In this document: one piece after another, positions 6,178 to 20,100 of the stretch
Layout: each line of letters opens with the position of its first letter
Numbering within the stretch: the first letter of the stretch is position 1
Sequence record: NC_070962.1
Length of the DNA: 64,000 nucleotides
Reading direction: 5' to 3' (one strand)
The notes under the pieces: generated by a model
What the model saw: the letters and a program-made list of their open reading frames with translations, nothing else
The model's database searches: none
Told to the model about the DNA's origin: nothing
Translations under genes and position numbers: made by a program

Positions 6178-8124
6178 ATGGCAATTACTAAATTTACAAG
6201 TCTGGACTTTGAACAGATAAAAGAAACTTTAAAGTCATATCTACGTTCCAACTCAACGTTTACTGATTATGACTTTGAAGGATCTACTTTATCCACAGTC
6301 ATAGATCTTCTTGCATATAACACATATATTGCTGCATATAATGCAAATATGTTAAGCAATGAAGTTTTCATCGATGGTGCTACTCTTAGAGAAAATGTAG
6401 TCTCTTTAGCAAGAAATGTTGGTTATTTACCAAGGACAAAAACTTCTGCTAAGGCAAACATTAGTTTTTTTGTTGATACTTCCGACTTATCATCTGCACC
6501 TCGTTCTATTACCTTAAATAAAGGATCTGTAGCGATTAATAGAACGAATAATACAAACACAAGTAAAACTTTTTGTATTCCAGAAGCAGTAACTGCCACA
6601 GTATTTCAAAATTCAGCAACTTTTGATAATGTTACAATATATGAGGGTTCATTGATTGAATCAACATTTACTGTAGATTCAAATCAAACGAATCAAAGAT
6701 ATATTTTAGATAACGTTGGAATAGATTATTCAACAATTAGAGTTACTGTAAAAGATGATTTCTTTTCAGATGATTTTGTTGTTTATAGGATGGCATCATC
6801 TATTTCGGAATTAACACCAACCTCAAAAGTATTTTTTATACAGGAAATTGAAGATGAACGATATGAATTAATTTTTGGTGATGGCGTATTTGGAAATAAA
6901 TTGCAAGATAATAATTTAATTACAGTTTCGTATATTGTTACTAATGGTGAGGATGGAAATGGTCCATCTAATTTTACATTTTTAGGAAGTTTAGTTGATA
7001 ATAATGGTAACGTTATTGCTAGAAACGTTTCCGAAATTTCTGTATTAAGTCCTGCTACTGGTGGTGCAGATATTGAATCTGTTCAATCAATTAAAAATTA
7101 TGCTGGAAGAACATATGCCTCTCAAGGTAGAGCAGTAACTTCTAATGATTACGAAACAATTGTTAGGAGAGTATATCCAGAAACCGATTCTATTAATGCA
7201 TTTGGGGGAGAAGAACTTGATCCACCAAGATACGGTAGAGTTTTTATTACCATTAAACCTAAAACTGGTTTATATGTATCAAATGCTCTTAAAGATAGTA
7301 TAAAAAGAGAACTTAGAAAATACTCTGTAGCAGGAATTGTCCCAGAAATTTTAGATACTAAATTTCTATTTGTTGAGTGTAAGACTAATGTTTATTATAA
7401 TCCATCTTTGACGAAATCATCTGAAAATGTCAATCAAGCAGTTAGTTTAACTTTAACTAAATTTGCTGCTTCTGAAGAGATGAATATGTATGGATCTAGG
7501 TTTAGATATACTCAATTTACATCTTTAATTGATAAGTCTGATAGGTCGATTACATCAAATATCACAGAAATAAGAATTCGTCGTGATATGAGAGCAGTCG
7601 TCAATAGATTAGCAGAATATGAGGTTTGCTTCGGAAATTCATTCAAAATGTTGGATAGAACTGGTTACAATATAAAATCTTCTGGTTTTTCTGTAGCTGG
7701 AATAAATGGTCTTGTATATTTTTCAGATATTCCTAGTTCAGATAACATGGGTGAATTAGTTCTTATACAAGTACCAGATGCAATTGAATTGCCATATGGT
7801 GGAACAGAAGATCAACCAAAACCATCAGCAACTATAGTAAGAAGAAATGTTGGGAATATTGATTATGCTAAAGGTGAAATTAATATTAGTGCAATAAATA
7901 TAACATCTACTGAGATTCCACTAAATTCAACTATTGAAATATCGGCAACTCCACTTTCAAACGATGTAATTGGATTACAAGATTTGTTCCTTCAATTTGA
8001 TACTGGATCATCTGGTATAAATGTTATTGAGGACAATATTTTGTCTGGTTCAGATCCTACTGGATCTAGATTTATTGTAACACCGACTAATTATAGTAAC
8101 TCAGTTATTCGACCAAGATCCTAA
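6178..8124 (+). CDS. gp6: baseplate wedge subunit gp6
   Basis: LDFEQIK..LKSYL...TFTDYDFEGS, A.LRENVVSLARN.GY.P, QGRAVT.NDY; follows gp25. Confidence 0.93.
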   Translation: MAITKFTSLDFEQIKETLKSYLRSNSTFTDYDFEGSTLSTVIDLLAYNTYIAAYNANMLSNEVFIDGATLRENVVSLARNVGYLPRTKTSAKANISFFVDTSDLSSAPRSITLNKGSVAINRTNNTNTSKTFCIPEAVTATVFQNSATFDNVTIYEGSLIESTFTVDSNQTNQRYILDNVGIDYSTIRVTVKDDFFSDDFVVYRMASSISELTPTSKVFFIQEIEDERYELIFGDGVFGNKLQDNNLITVSYIVTNGEDGNGPSNFTFLGSLVDNNGNVIARNVSEISVLSPATGGADIESVQSIKNYAGRTYASQGRAVTSNDYETIVRRVYPETDSINAFGGEELDPPRYGRVFITIKPKTGLYVSNALKDSIKRELRKYSVAGIVPEILDTKFLFVECKTNVYYNPSLTKSSENVNQAVSLTLTKFAASEEMNMYGSRFRYTQFTSLIDKSDRSITSNITEIRIRRDMRAVVNRLAEYEVCFGNSFKMLDRTGYNIKSSGFSVAGINGLVYFSDIPSSDNMGELVLIQVPDAIELPYGGTEDQPKPSATIVRRNVGNIDYAKGEINISAINITSTEIPLNSTIEISATPLSNDVIGLQDLFLQFDTGSSGINVIEDNILSGSDPTGSRFIVTPTNYSNSVIRPRS

Positions 8125-8136
8125 CTTAGATATAAA

Positions 8137-11100
8137 ATGGATATAAGCAGAATCCGTCTATCTCAAATTCTGGAAAGTCAAATTCCAGATTTTATTAATG
8201 ACGAATTTCCTTTGTTTAAGGATTTTTTACGTCAATATTTTGAAGCAAATGAAATTGCAGGAGGATCTTACGATCTTCTTTCAAATATTGACAAGTATGT
8301 CAATTTAAATACATTAACTCTTACTCCACGAGATACTAGATCTACCGAAGATTTTGAATATGATGATACCACTCTGACGGTAGAATCTACTTATGGATTT
8401 CCTAATAAGTATGGACTTTTAAGACTAAATCCATCTTTTGATGGAGAAAGATATTATGGTGGTGAAATTGTAACTTACACATCAAAAACTGATACTGAGT
8501 TTAAAGGAATTGTTAGGAATTTTAGTGGAATAACAGAAGTTGGTGATGAAGTAGTATTCTCAGATTCTGTTATTGATGAGAGCAGCAATTTTTATTACAA
8601 TGGAACTTTTGTTCAGAATTTAAGTTCTGTATTTTTAGTCGAATTTTTAAATAAATTAAAATCTCAAATTGCTCCTGGTTTTGAAAATAGAACTTTAAAT
8701 TACAATGTTAACGATAGATTATTTTTATCCAGAACAAGTGATTTTTATAAAACAAAAGGAACTGCTGAAGGATTTAGAATTCTATTCAGAGTATTATATA
8801 ATGAGCCCGTTGATGTAATTATTCCGTCAACAAATATTTTTGAATCATCTGCATCATCTAATAGAAAAACTAGAGATTTAGTTCTTTATGTAGATGATCA
8901 AGAAACTGATTATACAGATCTAATTTTACATAGAACTATTAAACAACCTACAGATAGTATAGATGAATCATCTGATTTATCTGCATATGGAACTATCACT
9001 AATGTTGAGAAAATTGAAAGAAATGGTGTAATATATTATGTTGTAAGTTTAGATAGTGATTATGATAAAGATATTTCAGTATCAGGAACAGTTTTTGGTG
9101 AATTTGTACCAACACCAACAACTAAAGTAACCGAAGACTTTAAACTAAATCTAGATGGTTCTTATCCAGAATTTTTAAATGTAGATTCTACTATAGGATT
9201 TGATGATGCATCTTCTTTAGATGTATATAATATTATTAATGGTGAAACTTTTGTTAATACAATATCATATAATTTAAGAACCTCCACAGAATTTTATGGA
9301 GTAACATCGGAGGTTGCAATTCCTAGAGGAACACTTCTTTCATCTAGGAGATATGCCTTTGTTGAATTTGATAATAGGACTGTATATTTCAGAGTAACTG
9401 GAATTTTAAGTCAAATTATTCCAGATAAAAGTTCTTATTTCTCAGAAGGAGATCCTATTAAGTTTAATAGTGTAGGATTAAAAGAAGACACTAAAAAATA
9501 TAATGATTGGACTTTTAATTGCAATCCGACGTATAATATTTCAAATTTAGAACTGCAAGATTCCATTAATAGAAGATATAAATTCAATCTAGATGGAAAT
9601 TATGATTTATCTCTATTTGACAAATTTTTCCTGATAGATAACAACAATAATTCTTATAACGTTATAATTTCTGCTAGAGAAAGTCTTTCAGAATATGTCA
9701 TAACGTCAAATAGTATCATTGATTTATCAGCAAGAAGTTTTACTATTGAGAGAAAATTAAATAAAGCAAATTTTGACTTTTTCCCAGAAGCAAATAATTT
9801 TGTAACAGATGTACAAAATGTTTGGAGACCGATTGATTATAATGATGAACTATTTGTAGCATCATCTTCTTTACCCAATTATAGAAATGAAAACTTAACC
9901 ACCAATGACAAAAGAATTACATTTAGTGCTAATATTCCATCAGACAGGTCAACAAATAAAGAGTTAAAAATCGGTCAAGACGCTACAGCACAAATACCAG
10001 AAAAAACTCATTCTTTCTATACTGGTGATTCCATAATATACAGTGAGGATGATGATGATGAGGAAAATACTAATAGACTTAGTATACCAAATGGAAGATA
10101 TTATGTAACTGTTGTTGATAATAAAACAATTAAACTGTCTACTAGTTTAAACAGAGTTTACACTAAAGAATATGTTTCAATAACTGGAAATGTTACTGAT
10201 AATACTTTTTATTATTCAGATTTCTTTGACATTGAAAAAGTATTAAACATTGAGGAACCATTCGTTTTAAAATCTAAAAGATGTATAAAAAGAATTTTAC
10301 CTCCTATCGATCAATCAACCAATGAAACAACAAAACCAGGTAAAATTGGTATATTTAAAAACGGTGTAGAACTTTTAAACTATAAATCAAAAAACAATAT
10401 TTTCTACGGTGGACTTGAGTCAATTGAAGTTTTATCTAGTGGAGACGGTTATGACATTATTAATCCACCATCATTAGATATTTTTGATGGAAGCAACGCT
10501 GATGGTTTAAACAATGGTGGAATTGGAGCTACTGGTAATTTTGTAGTACAAGGTTCAGTTGTAGATATAAAAATATTAGGTGGTGGATATAATTACACAG
10601 AAACTCCAACAGTTAACGTATCTGGAGGTAATGGTAAAGGATGCGTTATTGAACCAGTAATGGAAACTTACACTCATGGTGTGACTATTGACGCATCAAG
10701 TGGATTTAATGTAGGTATTTCATCAAATACTATTATATCATTAGAAGATCATTTATTTTCACCAGGTGAAAAGATTCTCTATAACTGTGAGTTAAATAAT
10801 CAAGAAATTGGTGGATTAAAAAATAAAGCAATTTATTTTGTTGGAGTTGTAGATAATACTTCATTCACATTACACAAATCAATCGTTGATGCTAAAAACA
10901 ACTTAAATCCAATTGATATTACTGAATTTGGAGAAGGTAATCACAAATTTGATTCGGTTAAAAAGAAAAAAAGAATTGGATCGTTAAATGTTACATATTC
11001 TTCTGATGATTTTACATATAGAAAAGTTTCATACGATCCTTCTGTTGTTTCAACCCCTATTGACTACTATACCAATGCAATTACTATTCCATCACATGGA

Positions 11101-14100
11101 TTTAATAATGGTGAAATAGTAATATATGAATCATCAACAACAGAAATTTCTGGACTGTCCAGTGGCACATCATATTATGTTACAAAGGTGGATAATGATT
11201 CATTTAAATTATCTTCTTTAGGTATTGGCACACTACCAAAAAATCATTACTATAATGAAAAAACATTTGTAGAAATGACGACACCTGGTGTTGGTAGACA
11301 ATATTTTAGATATCCCAATATCGAAGTAAATATTACACCTTCTGGTCAGGATGTTTCTTCAGTCGAACCTCAAGTTTTACCAATTGTTAGAGGTCAAATT
11401 AAAGAAGTATTTTTGGAATCTAATGGTGTTGGATATGGATGTACTAATATCTTTAACTATGAGAGACAACCACAAATAACAGCAGAACCTGGAAAATTAG
11501 CTTCGGCAAAACCATTCATTGTTGATGGTGAAATTAAAGGTGTAATCATTCAAAACTCTGGACAGAAATATGTTTCTACACCATCTGTACAAATTTTTAC
11601 TGACGGTGAAGGTGGATTTGGTGCAGATTTAATTCCAATTGTAGACAACGATGGTAGACTTTCAGACGTTCTTGTAAAAAATGGTGGAGCTGATTATAAC
11701 GATGCTACAGAGATTGAAATTGTATCTGCTGGATCTGGAGCAAAATTTAAAGCAAAAATTTATAATTGGAATGTAAATGAAGTAGAAAGAGCACTTAACA
11801 GTAATCAGATATATGATGATGATGGATTCTTACACCAAGATTCAACAATACCAATAGAAGATGCTGAAGATCATGGTTTACTACAATATACGCATTGTTA
11901 TGCACCAAGAAAACTGAGACAAACAATATACAATAAAAAAGTAGTAAATGGAAGAACTACATTCAATCCAGATCTTATCTTAGATAGATTGGGTAGAGAA
12001 ATTAATTCTACCTCACACTCACCAATTTTGGGATGGGCATATGATGGAAATCCTATCTATGGTCCATATGGATATACCAATAGAGACGGAAGTGGTGGTG
12101 TTAAACTCATGCAAAGTGGGTATAGAAAGAGAACTTTAACAAATAGACCATCTGTAACTGTTTATCCTTTAGGATTCTTCTGCAATGACTATGAATGGTT
12201 TAGTGATGGTGATTTGGATGAATTTAATGGAAGGTTCTGTGTAACTCCAGATTATCCAAATGGCACATATGCTTATTTTGCTACTGTTGGTGATAATGAT
12301 TCCATATTTAAAAATTATAAACTACCAACATTTCCATATGTTATTGGTGATAAATTTAAATCAAAACCAATTGAATTTAATTTCGTTTCTAGATTAAATC
12401 AAGATACATTTTTCTCCGATCTTCTTGGGGACGACATTCCATATAATTATATCAATTATAATTTAATCAGAAATGTTACTCCCCATAATTTAGCAGGTGT
12501 AGATGGCAAATATAACTATATTTTTGATCCTTCTCAGTATATAACTGTTGATTCAAAAGTTAAATCTGTTACTTCTGGATCTGTTGACAATGTGATTATT
12601 TTTGAAGGTGGTAAAGATTTTAAAGTTGGTGATAGAATTATTTTTGCTGATAGTGGGGAGGGAACAACAAGACCAGTTGCAAAAGTTGCAAGTATTGGTG
12701 GAACGGATGCAACGTCTGTTTCTGTGGCAGTTTCTTCATTTAATAATGCAGAACTAGTTCCAAGTCCAAGCACTGGTGGTGTAGTTGCAATTTGCAGTTA
12801 TCCACATAATTCATACACTGGTCCAGGAAAAATTAATGATTTAAATAATCAAAGTTATTTTTCTGATGAACTTATTGTATATAATAGAGATTTAAAGATT
12901 GCAGGATTTGGAACGGATAATATTGTTATAGATTTACCATCTGTTACTGGAATTGTAACATATATTAATGTATTTGGACTCGAATCTACACAAAATATTA
13001 TACCAGTTTTACCAAATGATATTTTTAAAATTGAATATGGATTATTTAATGAGGAAGTTAAAGTATTAAATATTGATTTTAAAAATTCTAGACTTAGAGT
13101 TCAAAGAGAGGTTAATGGAACTATTGGAACTAGTTATCCAGTAGGTACAGCACTGTCAGAAGATCCTAGAAAATTTATCATCAAGAATGAGTCTCCAAGC
13201 GATTCTTCAAATAGATTCAATACTCAGTTGTATTTTAATCCAAAAGAAAGTGTTGGTGTTGGAATTGGAACAACTCTATCAATATCAAATCCAGGAGCAG
13301 GGAGCACTCAAATATTCGTTGCTGGTGATAGAATATATCTACCAAATAATACATTAAGAGTTAACGATAAAATCTATTATGAATATGATAATGGACCAAT
13401 TACAGTAGAGTCTTTTGGAGATAATTTCAATCTTCAAAAAGATAGACCATATTATGCATATCCTTTCCCAAATGGTTATATTGGAATTTCTTCTAGACCA
13501 GTTGGTGTTGGATCAACAGGACCAGTAGGTGTTGGAAGTATCACCGAACTTTTATCTTTCACAGGTTTTGGAGCTGGTGATAATCATAGTTTTTATACAA
13601 GATATAATGATGTACATGCTGTTGATATTACCACTTTTGAAGTTACAGTCAATACTTCAAAAAACCATAATCTTGTATTTGATGATCCAATAACTGTTAC
13701 ATGCGAACCTAATATTGAAAAAACATTAGAAGTTTTTTATAATCAAGAAAATGCTAAATTTGCAGTAGGAAAATTTGATTTTGTACATGCAGACATCAAT
13801 CCAAAATTTAATACAATTACCCTTACTAATCACGGTTTAGACAATGGGCAAAAATTGATTTTGGAATCAACTGCACCTCCTGGTGGTATGGTTAATAATG
13901 GTGTTTATGTTGTTGGTGTTGTAAATGAAAATACAATTAAATTATACCACACAAATAATGGTGGTGTGGTTAATATCGTAAACCAATCAACTGGTAGATT
14001 ATTGGTCGTTAACCCACAATTAAATCTAATTAGAAATAAGACTTTAAAGTTTGATTTATCTGACTTTAGTCTTTCTTATGTTAGAAATAATATTAGATAT

Positions 14101-17100
14101 CCTGCTTTCAACCTCAAGTTTTACCGTGATAAAGAATTAACTCATGAATTTTTATCATCTTCTAAAGATAAGACTTTTAGCGTCATTAAAACTGGAAGAA
14201 TTGGTGTTACTTTAGATGCTAATGTTAAATTGATCTGTGATGATGAATTCCCAACAAAACTTTATTATGTTCTAGAACCACTAAAGAGCACTCAAGTACC
14301 AGTAGCATACTCACTAAGCAGTATTGATACTGACATGAATAATGTCATTACTTTTAACAATAGCCCTATAAGTGGAACATATAACGTCAGAAAACCAACC
14401 AACACCTCTTTCTCATATAGAATTGCAGAGAGACCAGATTCTGATAATTATGTTACTGGATTATCAACAATAAGATATTCAACAATATCTACAACTGCTT
14501 CTGGTCCTATCAATGAGGTTTCATTTATATCAACTGGTAGTAACCTCATAAAAGTACCACTTATTGAAAAAGTAGATTCAATAAGTGGTGTTGATTCAAT
14601 TCTTTTCCCAAGGACTGATAGTATTGGTATTGCAAAAAATATTGAAATTAATGATATTGGATTTGATTTCCCAACAGATCCAACTTTAATCCCAAGAGCA
14701 TACACTCCATCTATATACAAAATTGACCCATTGACATCAATTGATAGTATTGATGTCCTTGAAAAAGGATACCGATATACGATTCTTCCAGATCTAGTTT
14801 TATTGGATGGATTTACAAATAAAATTGTTACTGATGTAGATTTACGTTACATTGAAGAAGATGGTTTTAAAGTTGATATTGTAAAAAATACTAAAAACTT
14901 ATATGATGTAGAACCAAGATTACTCCCAATCAATAATACTAATGGATATAAGATTTTAACTTTAACTTATGATAGTGGATCTAAAGATGCTACTGTCATC
15001 TTAGATGTAGTTGGATTTAGTACAATAACTGCATGGCCATTCCCAGTTGGTTCTGAGTTTATGGTTGAGGGTGTTGTGACTAAAGACCCAGATAATGATG
15101 AAGGATACAATTCTTCCGACTATAATTATAAGAAATTATTTACAGTAAAAACTGCTGATCCAAATATTGGTGGTCAAGTACCATCATTTACTTTCAATAT
15201 GGGTGATTTTGTGATTAAAAATTCACCTGGTATATTTAATGACTTGATTACATCTGGAAGAGTTATACCACAAAGTTTCTTCCCACAATTTAAAGTTAAT
15301 AGAATTGCGAATAAGTACTTTACTGATGAAATTGTAACAAATGGAACATCCGAAGATATTGTAGTTTCTTGGGATGTTAAGAATGAATTGTTGAAGATAT
15401 TTACTAGTTTCCCTGAAAGATATAAAGTTGGTGATGTTATGAGAGGAAAAACCTCTCAATCTAGTGGAACACTTACTGAAGTAGTTGGAATCTCTTCAGT
15501 ATCATATATTACTGGTGCATCTAATGCGGAGAGGTATAAACCTTTTGACAGAAAAGGATTTTTAAATGATGAAACTCAGAGATTACATGATAGTGATTAT
15601 TATCAATATTTCTCATATTCATTAAAATCTGAAGTTGGTATCACTAGTTGGAAAGAACCTGTTGAATCTTTAATTCATCCAGCTGGATTTAAAAAGTTTA
15701 GTGAACTTCAGGTAATATCAGATAAAGATGATCAAATTGGTATTTCAAGTTTGGGAATAGGAGCAGATCAAAATGAATCTGGATTCTTAGGAATTTCTAA
15801 CTTTTCTTCTTATTATGATTTAAATTGTGTTCATGATATTGATCTAGTAACTGAAAATAATATCCTTAATAAAACTTCCGATGAAATTAGATTTAATTCT
15901 TTAATTCTAGTTGACTACTTTGAATCTATTGGAAATAGAGTTCTTATCGTTGATGATATAAGTGACCAATTTAATAGTAATCCTAGACCAACTGCTTTCG
16001 TAACTGTAGATACTTTTAGTTTAAGAAAGTTCAGATCCAAAAAGTATGTAATGTTTACTTCTAATAAGAAGTTCCCTGGTGAAAGACAAATGATTATTGT
16101 GAATGTCCTCCACAATAATACTTATGGTTTCTTAACCCAATATGGTAGGGTAGAAACTAATAATATTCATGGTTATTTTGATGTTGGAGTTTTTGAGGAT
16201 AATGGTCTACTACTATTCTATCCACTAGAATATAGATACAGTGATTTTAGTATTAGTGGATATCAATATGCAATTGCTAATAGCATCACAGGTGTTTCAA
16301 CTCATTATATTGGAGATAGTAACTCTATCGGATTTGCTGGAATTCAAACAGCATATTTGCCACAAGGAACCTCTACTTCTACAAAGATTGTAGGTATTGA
16401 TTCTTCATATACATCTGCTAAAGTTTTAGTTACACTTGAAAGTTCGGATTTACAATATTATCAATATGATGAATTCAATATTGTTCATGACGGAACAAAT
16501 ATTCATAATATCGAGTTTTCAACACTAGCAACTGATAACTTTGCCAACCAAGATGTTTCTCTTGGTATTGGCACATATCAATTTGAATATAATGGTAATG
16601 ATGTTGAAGTTAGACTGACACCGAATAGTGGATTATCCACTGCATATGATGTATCTTCTACTGTTGTAGCAATTTCAAATACGTCTAGAACTTCAATTGG
16701 TTCAAGTCTATTCAATACGACATTGACTACTGTTGGTCTTGGAACAACAGTATCAATCTCACCATTTGCTGGTGTGAATACATCTATTCAAATAATTGAC
16801 TTCGATCCTCAATATAAGGGTTTCAATGCTTATGTAAGCATTGAAGATATGACGAATAACATCGTTCAGATGTCTGAATTGGTCTTTACTCACAATGAAA
16901 CTGATGCTTATATTACTGAATTTGGTAGAGTTAGTAATCGTGGAATTTTTGAGGACGTTGGTTTAGGAACATTTACAACTTATGTTGATGGATCTACTGG
17001 AAGAGCAAGACTGGAATTTGTTCCATATCCAGCAGATCCTGGATTTACTAGAGAAATTGAAGTTCGTATATTTGTAGGATCACTGAACTTAGTTGATCTT

Positions 17101-20100
17101 GGGGTATCAAATAGTTATTATAATTATGAAAGTGGTAGATTCTCTACATTATATGGTGACTATACTGGAACTGAAAATGACGTTAAGAGAAGTTTTGAAC
17201 TAAGACATCAGGGTGATTTAATTTTTGAAAGAGTATTTGATTCAACTGCTTTAGGAACAACTGTTTCTACTGATGAAAATGTTTTAATTCTTCCTAACCA
17301 TTTCTTTGTTACAGGTGAATTAGTAAGATATACAGTTCCAAATGAAGACGATATTCGTGTAGGAATTGCTACTACATCAGTAGCTGGTGTTGGTGTTACC
17401 GATAAACTTCCTACGGATTTGTATATTGTTAAGGTTAATGACAGTAAAATCAAATTTGCCGATAGTGCAGAAAATGCTCTGAAGTTTAATCCAGAGACAT
17501 TGACACTATCAAGTGTTGGTGTTGGAACACAACATAAGATAACATCAACAAATAAGGATGCTAAGGGTATCTTTACCATCGATAACATGATGCAGTCACC
17601 TTTGGTCGCATTGGCAATTACTACATCTGTTGCTGATGATATTGCACTAACAGAAACTTTAATCAATACTGCTGGAATTACATCATTCTTTGCAAATGAT
17701 ATTATTCAGATTGATGATGAAGTGATGTTGATTGAAACTGTTGGTGTCGGCACTCAGGATAAAGTAAGAGTCAGAAGACCTTGGATGGGTACTGAACTTG
17801 GAATTCATACAGCAGGTGCATTAGTAACTAAACTAAAAGGTGATTATCAAATTACTGGATCAGTAATTAACTTTACTTCACCACCATATGGTAAAGTTCC
17901 AATAACTGTTGATTTAAACCAGTTTGGTGTTCCATTTGTAGATCCTTCAGAAAGAGATTATACTGGTATTACAACTAACTCATACTTCCACGGAAGAACA
18001 TTTATGAGATCTGGTATTACCGACGAAACTGAAGAGACTTATACTAAGAACTATAGATTTGATGATATTTCTACCAAGTTTACTGGCATTAGAACTGCGT
18101 TTGATATGACTGTTAATGGTCAAGACGTTCTTGGTATTTCGACAGATAATGCCATTGTTCTTGTCAAGGATATCTTCCAGCAACCAACAAGACCTGGAGT
18201 ATCTTCAATTGCAGGTAATTATGAGTTTGTAGAAGTTGGTGGAAAAACTAAGATCCTATTTGACGGATCTATCTCTTCTGATGATTTCACTGCAGTAGAT
18301 GGTCAAGATATTAATGTTCCAAATCTACCAATTGGAGGAATTATCGTAAATATTGGATCTACAACAGGTCTTGGATATCAACCTCTAGTTGCTGCGGGTG
18401 GTACTGCTACAATTTCTGGATTTGGTTCTATCACATCCATCAGCATTGGAAATAGTGGTTCTGGATACAGACCTGGCATTCAGACTCATATTAATGTAAT
18501 TGCAGAAACATCTAGTTCCGTTTCCATAATTGGTTATGCAACTGCTCTTAATGGACATATTACAGGAGTTGCTATTACAAATCCAGGAACAGCATATACT
18601 AGTATAAATCCACCAAGAATTAGATTCGATTCTCCACTAAGTTATACTGATATTCCTCTGATCTATTCTAGTGATTCTCCAAATCAAGGAATTGGAAGAA
18701 CTGCATCTATCGATATGTTTGTTAGTAGAGATACTAGTGTAGGTGAATTTAAGTTCAACAATAATGGTTATGCTTATGGTCAGGGTGAAATCCTAACTGT
18801 TGCAATTGGTGGAACAACAGGTATTCCTACAGATACATCTAAGACATTTGATGAATTCCAAATTACTGTTAATGAAACGCATAGTGATGAATTTAACTCT
18901 TGGGCAATTGGACAACTCCAACAGTTAGATAGTTTAGATGATCAATTTGATGGTATCAGAAGAGTATTCCCAATTTCTTTCCAAGGTGATAGACTCTCAA
19001 TTAGAGCAAGACCTGGTAGTAATATTGATGTATCTGCAACTCTTTTAATCTTCATTAATGATATCTTACAAGTTCCAAATCAAGCATATACCTTCAAAGG
19101 TGGTAGTTTGATTATCTTTGCAGAACCAATTCCTAAAGAGTATACTTCAAGAATTGTTTTCTATAGAGGAACTAGAGATGTTGATGTTGAAGAAGTTGAT
19201 ATTGTAGAACCTATTGAAGTTGGTGATAAAGTTAAGATTATGTCCGACATTGCTTTCCAAACCGAGGATAAGAGAACTGTAGAAGACATCCTATCTTCCG
19301 ATATTCTTCTCACAAACCCATATAGTGGTATTGGAAGATTAAATGATGAAACAATTGAAAGACCACTGATGGCATGTAAGCAGACTGAAGATCTCTTTAT
19401 TAACGGTGAATATGTAGGAAAAGATAGAAGACTGTATGAACCATACATCTTCCCAACAACAAACCTAATTCAACCAGTAGGTATCGATACTACTGTTGCT
19501 TGGGTAGAAGGAACTGCAACATTCTTTGATAATAAAAAAGAAAACCTTGCTGAGAAAAAATTACAACAGATTCAAATTATATCTCAGGATGTGACACAAG
19601 TTGGATTTGCGACAGTTGTTATTTCTGGTTTAGGATCAATTACAAGTATTACTATCAGTAATCCTGGAACTGGATATACATTTGCACCACAAATTGCGAT
19701 TGGACCTCCAGCACCTGGTGGTACAAATGCAACTGCTGAATGTACTATTGCCAATGGTTCTATTAATGTAATCAATGTCACCAATAATGGTGCTGGTTAT
19801 ACTGGATCTAACGCACCTTATGTAAATATTGAACCACCAAGAGTTTCACGTGAACCAATCAGACAAGTTCAATATGATGGAGATTTTGGTACTATTGTTT
19901 CTGTTGCTAATACGAATGTCGGTGTCGGTTCTACTGCATTAGAATTAAGTCTTTACATTCCACATGATTCTGTTGTTAGAAATCTCGGAGTTAATGATTC
20001 TGGTTTGACAACTTCAGGCATCACTGGTCTTGTAACAAGTTATTATTTTACTGCTTCTAGAACAAATGTTGGTAATGGTATTACTGCATTCTATAATGAT